This document shows, in pieces, positions 52,980-64,000 of a DNA stretch of 64,000 nucleotides; the first letter of the stretch is position 1, and every line of letters begins with the position of its first letter. The position numbers and the translations under genes are program-made. The notes below the pieces were generated by a model. That model did no database searches. It worked only from the letters and a program-made list of their open reading frames with translations, and was not told where the DNA came from. The DNA comes from Eledone cirrhosa (Eukaryota). The stretch is taken from contig OZ024741.1 of assembly GCA_964016885.1 (NCBI GenBank), positions 151,404,001 through 151,468,000 on the forward strand. Reading direction: 5' to 3'.

Positions 52980-54945
52980 ATGGACGACTCACAGCTACAC
53001 CAAGCAGCTGAGAGCCTTCCTCACAAACTAACACCTCACACCAACGCCACCATTGTAAATATTATTACGTTTGCCAACACTAAAAATATAAGCAGTAACA
53101 ATAATTTAAATTTGTCTCATGCAGACATTCATTTCCCGCCATTACCAATGACTGCAGGGGGTGAAGCCGCCGCCACCACCGCCACCACCACCACCACCAC
53201 CACCACAGCGACAACAGAAACAAAAGAAAAAAATAAATTATCTCGTGACATCGAAATGGATTCACCCAGAATCGACTCTTCCACACCGAACATCACTGAC
53301 GCCACCAGCGCCACAACTAAAACTAAAATAACAATAACAAAAATAATATTAACAACAACAGCAACAGCAACAATGAGAATAGCAACAAAAACATCAACAC
53401 CACCGTGTCGTTTGCCAAATCAGCCAAAATATGCGAAGCAATCCAGGTAACTCGGGAGGAATTAGATGAAGCCAAGAGAATGGTAAAGAAAGATGGGAAT
53501 AGGGTCAGCAAACACACACAAACACCTAATAAAATGGAGCATCGGCGCCTATGCACCGTGTCTTATCGGACGATTAACATAAAATCGCGCCGAGTGGAAC
53601 GGGCATCCGAGTCCCAAATCCAAAAACTTTGGGACATGTGTAGGCGAAAAAATCCCACATCCGACGTGGGCACACATATGGAACCATGGACGTGTTCTTT
53701 GGAACACCACAGGAGGCCAGAAAGCACTCCATGGCCCCATTAAGAAGCGACAACTTCGCACTCGTCCCAAGCTATTGTGGCCAGAGACTCGTGAAGATCA
53801 GGGTGACCCACGTCCCACCGGCCATCGAAATTCCCTGGCTAATGGCTGCCGTCCTCACCGGCATCGAGGCCAACACCAAGATAATCGAAATAGCAAAAGA
53901 AAAGCAGGAGAACTGGTCCGGATCTGGGATGGAGCTCCTGATCCAAGCGGACCAAAAAAGCATTGAGGAGATCCCAGAGGTAATAGACCTCACTGACGGC
54001 AGCCACCTCACCGTAATCGTCGAGGTAGAAGGCCTAGGTGTGTCGTTTGTGGTGAAGGAACCCACCTAAGGGCTTTCTGCTTTCAGGTTAAAAAGTTGAG
54101 GCCACCTCTCATACCCACCCCAGTGACTCAACCATCAACACCACCAGCAACAGAAATAGCAGCAACAACTGTAGCAGCAACAACAGAAGCAACTGTAGCA
54201 GCAACAACCCCAGCAACAGTATCAAAACCAACACCACCACCACCCAACGCGCCAGAACTAGCACCAGCGCCTACACCATCAACCACGCCACAACCAAAAC
54301 CAACGCCTGTGGAGGATTTTCCACTCCCCGACCTATCGCAACTGGAGATAGATTGTGACGACGAGGAGTGGGAAACGGTATCAGAAAAAATAAAAAAAGA
54401 AGCCGAAAAAGAAAAAAATCTCTTCCCCCCCCCCAAAAAAAAAACAAAATACAGAGGGAAACAAATAACCTATCAAACAAAAAAGTTAGGACAGATATGC
54501 GCCCATCCACACCAGCATCACCAACCCCATCACCACAAACACCAACACCATCACCATCATTAACCCCAACACCACCATCACCAACACCACAAAAGTCACC
54601 AAAAAGCGAAACAGAAACAAACCCACAACAAACGCAAACGAAACAAAACAAATAAAACGATGCAGCATTAAATTGGAACAACAAATAATTATTACACTAC
54701 ATCCAACACAATACCAGCTTCACAGAAAAAGACTACACAACAACCCAAAAGTTCACACCACCTCCACACATACAAATCACTCGCATCACACAGAAAATGT
54801 ACACGACACTAAAACAAAAATTCCCCAAAGACATCGGAGACTTCCGACAAACACTCTCCAGGAGCATTTATAAGGACATCCTTCCGGAGGAGGCCACAAG
54901 CAGTGAAAAGGATGGAGAAACCATCCTTCCTCTACGAGAAGTAAG
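52980..54945 (+). pseudogene. Tx1 ORF1, frameshifted, with a CCHC gag knuckle and Thr/Pro-rich linkers
   Basis: CVVCGEGTHLRAFC (CX2CX4HX4C) at 54039-54080. ORF pieces at 52980, 53405, 53686 and 54096. The end is approximate. Confidence 0.7.
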
Positions 54946-54983
54946 GTAAGTGGTCTTTCCCATCTTTTCCACTCCATTTCAAC

Positions 54984-57900
54984 ATGACCTCACTCAGAAT
55001 AGGCAGCATAAATGCGCATGGCTTGGGGTCGTCATGGAAGCAGGGCCACCTGCTCAGCGACCTCAGGTCACTAAACATAGATGTAGTGGCCATCAACGAG
55101 ACCAGAATCTCCGAAGCACGGTCCTTCGCACCGATCTTCGGCAGCTACGATGTGTACGCATCTCCCAGCCGTCCTGAATCGGGGGAGGAGTTGCTGTACT
55201 TTTTCAGAGAGGTTGGATCTCACATCATCTTCCTGGACCCAGAATGTGAGTTGGTGGTGCTGGACGTGACCAGCGGAGACGGGCAAGCTTTCAGGCTAGT
55301 GGCCGTTTATGCCCCGATAGGAGCAGGGCGGCCTGATTTCTTCCGGCGTCTGGAGACCTTTCTTGGAACGTCCCGCTCTTTAGAGTTAGTGGGCGACTGG
55401 AACGGGATCTTAGATGCACGCTGGGACTGTGTGGGATTAGGGGATAGGGGAGGAGGGTGCAAGAGCCTCACCAACCTGCTCAGGCGTTTTAAACTGTTTG
55501 ACAGGTACCGATTGGATTTCCCGAATGTGCCAATGTTGACTTGGACAAATCACATAGGGTCATCCAGATCATATCTAGATAGAGTATTTTGTAGGGAAAT
55601 AGATAGGTCTAGCATAGGCTGTCCACAATTCAAGATAGTCATCTACACGGACCACAAATTCGTGATCTGTGTGCTTGACTTAGATAGGCTTCATAGACGA
55701 GGACCCGGTTACTGGAAGCTAAACGCGTCCTTACCAGCGCGCAAGGCCTACAGAGACCAGATTAGCGAACTAGTTGAGCGGGCGTTGACGGGGGCCATCG
55801 TCAACAACAAGTGGTGGTTTGCTCTGAAAAGAGCGATTAGAATAGAGTCCATTAGGTTTAGTAAGGCTTTAGCAATAGAGAAAAATAGAGCAGAGGGAGA
55901 ACTAGTTAGAAAATTAGACGAGGCGCTTAGCAAAGGCATCGCGACCGACGTGCTTGCGGTGAAATTGGCCCTTGACCAATGCTTCAATGCAAAGCACGAA
56001 GGCTGCGTTGTCAGAGCTAGGGTACGTGCTCTCAGATACGAGGGGACGAAAGCTGTTCAATGGGCCTGAGTGGCGGAGGCGCGTCGTGGCAACAAAGCCA
56101 CGATCCGGTCTTTGGTGGACCACGACGGGCGCATGCTACTCGATCCCGGGCAAATGTGTGAAGCCTTTCAGCGACACTTCGCTCAACTGTTCGGGGGCAG
56201 CGGTGGGCCGGGTCGAGGGATGGACTTTAGTGTCTACCTCGACGGACTGCCACGGCTCTCGGCCACTGAGGCGGAGTTTTGCGAAAAGCCGATAACAGCC
56301 GCTGAAGTACGGGAGGCAATGACTGGCTGCACAAGGGGTAAATCGCCTGGTTTGGATGGTCTGCCCTATGAACTTTACGTACAGATGCCAGACTTGTTCG
56401 GAGGCCTCTTGGCGGACGTCTACTGCAACTGGCAACAGAACGGGAGAATTCCCAGTTCTGTGAGCCGAGGAGCGGTGGCACTGCTGTGAAAGGATCCGAA
56501 CAAGGGGGATAACATAAATAATTTCAGGCCCATAACTCTGCTAAACACAGAGTTCAAGATTTTGGCCAAGGTGCTAGCAAAGAGGTTGGCGCTTGTCGTT
56601 GGTGGTCTGGTGGGAGAGGCGCAGAGATGCGCCATTCCCGACAGATCCATCCACGACAACCTCCACCTCATGCGATACATCGTAGAGAGGTTAGCTAGGG
56701 AACCTGGCACGGGTGGGTCTTTGATCAATTTAGATCAATCGAAAGCTTTCGATAGGTTCGACCATCGTTACCTAGCAGCAGTCCTGAGGGCGGCTGGCTT
56801 TGGGCCCGTCTTCAGAGGCTGGATCGTTGCCATGCACAGCGACATCTGCTCTGTGGTGAGAGTGAACGGTCATCTTTCGGAACCGTTCAACATCATGCGC
56901 TCGGTCAGCCAAGGATGTCCCCTCTCGTCCCTCTTGTACGTATTGACTCTCGAGCCATTACTGCACAAACTGGAGACGTTGAGGGGCGTCCCGTGCGAAC
57001 TAGGATGCGGAAGATCCGTGGCAGCATATGCGGACGATGTCACCGTAGTGGTGTCGAACGCCAAACACATCGAGGCGATCGGCACTACACTAAGAGAATA
57101 CGAAGCGGTGACAGGAGCAATGATCAACCAGGAAAAGTCAGTGGGCCTGCAGCTCGGCACCTGGAGAGGCAGGTCCATGCCGTCCAACAGCGTCGTCGGA
57201 CGCTGGACGGACGGAGCGGTTAAATTGCTAAGGGTCTGGTTCGGTCCGGACCTCCAGACGGACAAAAACTGGGACGAGGTGACGAGCAGGGTTGCTTCTC
57301 TCACCCAGAAATGGGCGGAGAGAAGCTATCATTGAAAGGTCGAGCGGAGGTGGCTAACGCGTACATCGCGTCTGTCATCTGCTACCGCCTGACCGTCGTT
57401 CCTTGCCCTAAGCCCCGCCTGACTGCGCTGGAGCGTTTGCTCTTTCGCTTTTTGTGGAAGGTACGCGCTCCGATCGTCAGGCGATCCATCTGTTGTCAAC
57501 ACCCGCTACGTGGAGGGCTGGGCATGCCGTGGCTGATGATGCGCAGACACGCGCTCAGGCTACGACATCTCCACCTCTTCCTCGACGGTGATCAGGTGTG
57601 GTCGCCGTTTGCTAGACACGTATTTCCCCATCTCGTTTCCTTGACGGAGCTGCAGTCCTGGGTCAAGCGAAGACCGAGAGGGAGCGCCTGGAGACTGGAA
57701 TGTCTTCAGGCGCTCACAGCCCTCGGACAATCGGGCAACGTGATCGGTGGAAACTCCACCTCGGCGTTCTATAGAGGATTAGTGGAGGGGAAGAGCGACG
57801 ACGTACTTGGGGAAACTCTAGGCGTCGTCGAAAATCAACTACCCAATCTCTTCGGAAGAACTTTCGGGCCGGGGCCTATGGACAACTTCCAGAAATCTCT

Positions 57901-58393
57901 GGCCTGGCAGTGCTACCGAGGAGCCTTGCCAGTTCGAGATAAACTCTACAGGCATGGAGGTGCCGTCACCCGGGCATGTCCGAGATGCGCGCAGGGCGAC
58001 GAAACCGTCCTGCACGCACTCGTCCAGTGTCCGAAAATTGCTGACTTGTGGGTTTATGTCGAACACCTGCTGTCGCGTGTAGGACGGATCCGGCTATCAT
58101 CTGAGTCCATCGTGAGGATTGCCCCGCCCTCTTCCTTTAGCCGGGAAGGGCAGGCAGTTTTTATCTGTCTGGTAGCCATGGCGAAAGAGATAGTATGGTG
58201 GACACGTTTGAAAGGGCTGAAGACGAGCACTTACCTCTTCGGTGATGCCCTGATTGACTTTTTCAAATTTCATTTGAAAAGGAAATTCAGAGTAGAGAGG
58301 GAAGTGCTCTCTTCCCAGCATTTTGTTGAAAGATGGGTGAGAGAATCAAGAATGGCCCGAGTGAATGGGCCTACTCTGAGTATGTATCTGTAA
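54984..58393 (+). pseudogene. Tx1 ORF2 (APE, RT, CCHC finger) with two TGA stops and a frameshift
   Basis: IGSINAHGL, AINET, VGDWN, SYLDR, TDHK, GPGYWKLN, DQSKAFDR, QGCPLS, AYADD, CPRC..ETVLHALVQC. Stops at 56067 and 56487, frameshift at about 57320. Confidence 0.92.
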
Positions 58394-60059
58394 ATTAAAG
58401 GTGGAAAACTGGGAGAGGGCACTTGCCTTGGTGGTGAGGGTCACTGTGGCCTTTTACTGGGCTTTCTCCACAAATGTCCCTCCGAAGTCTCCCCACTATT
58501 GGGGAATTTTTCATTGTTATTTTTGTTACATCCTCTGTTTTTGTTTTTACACGCAGAAATGCCCTTTTGTACCGTCCTGTATTGTCCTGTATTGTCCTGC
58601 ACTGTCCTTAATGTCTACTTTATGTAAACCCTTGTGGTTAATAAAGAAATCATTATTATTATTATCATTATTACTATTATTTTTACTATTATCCTTATCA
58701 GTAGTAGTAGTAGTAGTTTTGGTGGTGGTGGTGGTGGTGGTGTAGGTGGTCACAATAGCAAAAGTTATTGTGAACTGTATACAAATGCCATATACAACAA
58801 ACAAGAAACAGTGGAGGTAGAGGTGTGAATGCGTGGGCTACACGGAACAAGAGGAGTAAGAACAACAAAAAAGAAGAGCAAAGACATTAATAAAGCGATA
58901 TCAAAAACAATGAACAACAAATACGACGATGAAGATAAATAGGAATAGGATGAAGCAAAATGGAGGATTAAGGAGAAGAAGGAAAAAAGTAGAATACTTT
59001 AACTCTTTCTTCTTCTTATAAATTTTATTGTTATATTGACGTGACAGAATTGTTTAGAGCGTCGGATAAAATGCCTTGTAGTTATATATTTGATCTCTTT
59101 ACTTTTCTTAGGACAAATCACACAGCCCTGGCTGACAAGCGGAAAGAGTGTGTACAACCACAAAATCATCATCATCAGCAGCAGCAGCAACAACAATACC
59201 AACAACACCAGCAAAAAAAGCAGCAACACCAAGTGTTGTAAAGCAATTTTCTTCACTAAAGCAGGGATTACTCAGTGAATATCTTTTCCATTTTACCCTA
59301 TCGTCTGCAACACTCTAGCAGCCACCTTCTTTCATTTCTTTCAACCTTCTTTGGAAATGCCATGCTTGGTCCTCTTCCTTTTCCACTTCTTTCTATAATA
59401 TTTCCATCATTTCCGTCACTCGCTTATTTTCATCTTTTCTCAACTCATGATTCTAACATATCATTCTCCCTATACAACACTCATCACAGGTTCGATTCCT
59501 CTCATCTCGTTACTTTCATCCTTCCTAATCGCATGACCCAATCCTCTCATTCTATTTCTCTTTACAATTATAATAACATTAGATAGGAGTAAGTAAAATA
59601 TATATATATGGTGTGTGTGAGTGTGTGTATGTGTGTGTGGGTGTATGAGGGTGTATCCGGATTCGTGTTTATGTTTAGATGTGCGTCTGTATTTATATCA
59701 AAACGTCATCTCCGATACAAACAATGAAAATCAGTCCCAGTTCGCAGCATTAGAAATGGCGGTCATTGTCTTAAAGTTATTTAATTTACACGTGACTGAA
59801 AATACTTTAACGGCTATACATCAAGTATAAAAATATTCACTTCTCTCTATTTTAGCGTTGTTGTTTTATTGGTTTTATCATGTTGTTGGTCTTGTTGTTT
59901 TATTAGTTTTGCTCTTGTTGCTGGTCTTGTTGTAACCAATGTTTTCTTAACCACACATATTTATCACATTTTATCAACCTTATCCATTACTTATCTATAT
60001 CTATCAATAAGATTTTGTTGTTGTTCTTCTTCTTCTTCTTCATCTTCTTCTTCTTCTTT

Positions 60060-60700
60060 GGAATGAATCCAAAATACGGTCGTCGAACTGTGACATATCG
60101 TATTATTGGATTAAAAGTAAAAAGGTTGAAAGAGCTACAGAAGCTCAGATTCAAAAGGCTTTGGGTTCAGTCTGGACCCCAAGAAAACCTACATTCAAAG
60201 GGCAGATATTTCGGTACGGTGGGAGTGAGATTTAACACCGCAGAAGAGGTAAAACCTCACTCCCTCAAGCCCCTACAAAGTGCTGAAATTTTTCTCATCA
60301 CATTCTACTGCGGAATGAAATTAGTAAGAATAAAAATCAATCGAATACCGCCGGAAATAAACATTTCTTGGCTATTAGCCACCGGCACGTAAACATTAAA
60401 AAAAGAAACCGACGGATGGAACTACTATCCTTCCTCCCCAAAATCTAAGCTAGGTGACCTTTCACACTTTTTTCCTCCACTTCATTGGTAATGTCCTCAC
60501 ACAAGTGAACGCCTCATTTCCGACGCGCAAAGCCTTAAGAGACCGTATTAGCGAATTAGTTAAGCTGGCGTTGACGGAAGCAATCGTCAACAACAAATAG
60601 TTGTACGCCCTGAAAAGGTCAATTAGAGTAGAATCGTTAAGATTTAACAAAGCCGCAACAATATAAAAAAAGAAGAGGTAATGCTAATTAGAAAACTAAT
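60060..60700 (+). pseudogene. Old internally deleted Tx1 relic (ORF1 piece 60060-60390, ORF2 piece 60503-60700)
   Basis: YCGMKLVRIKINRIPPEINISWLLA aligns to YCGQRLVKIRVTHVPPAIEIPWLMA. KVNASFPTRKALRDRISELV aligns to KLNASLPARKAYRDQISELV. Confidence 0.8.
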
Positions 60701-61010
60701 TATTTATTTCCTTCTCCTGATTTTTCTATGCGCCAATACACTTCTCCATATGCCCCTCCTCTTTCAATCGTTCCTATATCTCATCTGCCTGTCACCCACC
60801 TTGTGGATTGTCTCCTTGTTGAGCACTGGCCGGTAGTCTCTGTCCTCTGAGGCATTTTGCCCATCGCTATCTTTGACAGCATTTAGCTGTTTTAACGGCT
60901 GTACTAGGGGTGAGTTTTCTCATTTTTATAAGTTTTCAAATGCACTGTCGCTGTCTCGACCAGAGACAACATTGTTTGTTCATTTAATATATATATATAT
61001 ATATACATAT

Positions 61011-61129
61011 ATAGGAAAATGTTTAACCCCGGGGTTAAACATTTTCCTATTACCCACTCTACTACCCTAAGTATTGAGTACTCTGGTGCGTTAAAGTCCA
61101 TCTGGTTCCTTACCACACTTCCTTCGTTA
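61011..61129 (+). mobile_element. Family D mini-element with a 40-bp perfect palindrome
   Basis: ataggaaaatgtttaacccc|ggggttaaacattttcctat, then the family D tail. Confidence 0.85.
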
Positions 61130-61152
61130 TATATATATATATATATATAAAT

Positions 61153-61224
<72 letters not shown>

Positions 61225-61250
61225 TTATATATATATATATATATACATAT

Positions 61251-61298
<48 letters not shown>

Positions 61299-61410
61299 AA
61301 AATTAAGATAAATAAAATGAATTTAATCTAAATCGAAATTGTGGGTGTCATGTCATAATGGCATGCGCCATATCGCCTGGAAATAAGCTCAAAGATAAAT
61401 CCGACCATTT

Positions 61411-61657
61411 TATAATAACTAGAAATTGATTAACATATAAATATACATGAATAATCACAGGAGATAATTTTTACACGCGTGTAACCACGAATAGCTAGTT
61501 TGGGTAATAATTAAATTTATACCTTTAAGTATGATTAATCATACTTAAAGGTATAAATTTAATTATTACCCAAACTAGCTATGCATGGTTACACGCGTGT
61601 AAAAATTATCTCCTGTGATTATTCATGTATATTTATATGTTAATCAATTTCTAGTTG

Positions 61658-61662
<5 letters not shown>
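61411..61662. repeat. Near-perfect 252-bp palindrome with no spacer
   Basis: Centre 61536|61537 (atgatt|aatcat), with about 3 mismatches. Confidence 0.9.
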
Positions 61663-61701
<39 letters not shown>

Positions 61702-61786
61702 TTATATATATATATATACATATACACATACATATATATATATATGTATGTGTATGTCCAGTGTATGAACATAAATATATACTATA

Positions 61787-61872
<86 letters not shown>

Positions 61873-62439
61873 TATAGTATATATTTATGTTCATGCACTG
61901 GACAAAAACGCTACCTTCTCTCCAGATTGTAAGAGTGACCAACATTATGACCTAATCTTCAGGTGCTTGGGGAGAGAGGGCGAGAGAAAGGGAGATTGAG
62001 AAAATAAAGTGTAACATGAACACAGACATTATACGGTTTATAATATTATGATAATAAAATCAATCATATTAATTACTGTTTAATAGGCTTTCTTCGTTTC
62101 ACCATTCAGAAGTTCTTATTGTAAATAAGCGTAATTTAATCTTTGACATTATAGTAGAAGGCTTTGGTAGTCACGTGACCTGCCATATGACTTTTCTGGC
62201 GATATATTATTCTAAAACATTTAAGCGAATTATATAGTTGTTAATTAGTAATTTGTCCTTGTGTATTATTTGCTTTTCGGCAACGTCTTCTGCAAATAAT
62301 AAATTTGAAAAATTCTGAAGTTGGAAGAATTTCTCGCGGCACATTTCTTTATATGTTCATTCAGTGAAAACTTGTATTTATATCTTTGTTGTTGTTGGAT
62401 GCTCAGACATCCTCATAGATTATATCTAGTTATTCCAAT

Positions 62440-62760
62440 TTAATTTACTCCACATCGGACAAAATACTTGACAGCATTTGCACAGATCTTTTCATTTCAA
62501 GTTCAAATTCGGTTGAGGCCAACTTTGTATTTCATCCTTTCGGGGATGATAAAATAAAGTACCATTTTTCCTTTCATCCTTACGAGGTTGATAAACTAAA
62601 GCACAAGTAATGCACTGTGGTAATTGCTGGCCTTTTGCCAAAAGTAGAAGTAATTATTATTAATATTGTAAGGGCGAGGGATTGGTAGTATCAGTAGAGC
62701 GTCAGACACCATGCCTTGCATCATAGAATGATGGCCCTTTACGTTCTGAGTTCAAATCAT
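62440..62760 (+). mobile_element. Cluster of degenerate tRNA-SINE pieces
   Basis: ttcatcctttcggggatgataaaataaagtacc at about 62531, and a head with gagttcaaatc at 62672-62758. Confidence 0.7.
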
Positions 62761-62845
62761 TAATATTGTAGTAGTAGTAGTAGTAGTAGTAGGAGTAGTA
62801 GGAGTAGTAGTAGTAGTAGTGAGTAGTAGTAGTACCAGTAGTAGC

Positions 62846-62891
<46 letters not shown>

Positions 62892-63128
62892 TAGATGGTG
62901 ATATTTTCATGACATTTTCTATCTTCTATTGGGTCATTTTACTGTGTAAATACATGATTAATTCATTTCATAGTTTCACGTCAGACACTTCAACTCTCTT
63001 CCATTGATAATGTGCTAGCCTTGCGACTATTAATCACATCATCTACTTATCCTCTCTGTGTGTTTGCGTGTATGGGTATGTGTTTGTATGTGTCTTTTGA
63101 CACTGAAATTGTGCAAACAAGTAGAAAG

Positions 63129-63277
<149 letters not shown>

Positions 63278-63460
63278 TGAGGACGAGAGAGAAAGAGAGA
63301 GTAAGAGAGGGAGAGGGAGACTGGGAAGAGAGGGATAGACAGACAGACAGGCAGTTAGTTTAAGATGCTCAACAATGAGAAACGAGTAAAATCCAACAAA
63401 GAAAATGTTATTAGTACGAATGTTATTAGTTTAAATCTAGAAGGAAATAAATGGATGTCA

Positions 63461-63492
63461 TTTACGTTTCGGACGTTAATGCTTTATCAGAA
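63461..63492 (-). ncRNA. Degenerate minimal hammerhead motif (CTGATAA)
   Basis: Minus strand reads tt CTGATAA agcattaacgtcc GAAACGTA aa. The context resembles the 419 and 7937 copies. Confidence 0.45.
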
Positions 63493-63721
63493 GGAAAATA
63501 ATAGGAGAAGGGATTTGAAAGAAAAAAGATAAAGGGAAATGCGGAGAAGGATGATTGTTGGGTAAAATATAAAAACGGATGTGGGGGCGTATTGTAGATC
63601 AGGTAAAAACATTTCTTCTAGAGTGGCACCAGTTCGGTGCCTGGGAACATCTGTGCGTGTGATACAGTATGCTATCGTGAAAATCTGTGTGAAGAGTTGC
63701 TGGCTGAATGAATGGGTGATT

Positions 63722-63767
<46 letters not shown>

Positions 63768-63770
63768 TGC

Positions 63771-63915
63771 AACACTCATCTTTTTCCATTTCTCCGAGGG
63801 TTATAAACCCCACTATCAGGCTAGAAATGTCTTTAGTCTAAAATACGGTGAAAGCTTATAATTTCTAATTTCAAACACGCGCACCGTTTCAAAAACATAC
63901 TTACATGTTTACGTT
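63771..63915 (+). repeat. Diverged dispersed copy of the body of the 260-bp tRNA-headed unit
   Basis: actcatctttttccattt..gagggttataaacccc..cggtgaaagct..gtttcaaaaacatacttac aligns to the reverse complement of 23675-23812. Confidence 0.8.
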
Positions 63916-64000
63916 TATAATTTGCTTATATATATATACATCAGGAAAGAAGGTTGACATGGTTTGCTATACAAAAAAGGTTTTTAATCTCATAGCTGAC

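Larger units (their letters stand above)
52768..58651 (+). mobile_element. Tx1/L1-group LINE, near full length, in (ATT)n
   Basis: ORF1 plus ORF2 and a 3' UTR ending ttaataaagaaatc + (ATT)n. It begins right after (ATT)n. Confidence 0.92.

Noticed and set aside
56067-56489. Programmed readthrough or selenocysteine at the two TGA stops in Tx1 ORF2
   Set aside because: The sister copy has CGA at the matching positions (about 14634 and 15011), consistent with CpG decay, and a frameshift follows anyway.

Overview
This is repeat-saturated, AT-rich eukaryotic DNA in which I can support no host protein-coding exon. The extreme (TA)n/(CA)n/(TATG)n/(AAG)n load and the SINE families point to an octopod cephalopod genome (inference from recognition, not a search). 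Real coding content is all retroelement: an RTE-clade LINE with an uninterrupted 980-codon APE-RT frame (30025-33342) plus a 5' fragment; a near full-length but broken Tx1/L1-group LINE (52768-58651) plus three relics; a near full-length broken Naiad-type Penelope-like element (PLE; 42593-46132) plus a second GIY-YIG 3' part; an inverted RTE relic; and a CRE-like relic. Non-coding mobile content includes about a dozen tRNA-derived SINEs, a 5S rRNA-headed SINE and a tRNA-headed 260-bp tandem. The most striking signal is invisible to the ORF track. About 20 type-I hammerhead ribozyme (HHR) motifs from many sequence families sit in short, usually fold-back, elements embedded in (TA)n. Their turn-around points fall on RNA hairpins, and they share a downstream ACTC...GAGT hairpin with the 5' end of the Naiad element. 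Almost all other ORFs in the track are microsatellite artefacts. All structures and alignments were read by eye, and coordinates may be off by a few bases.
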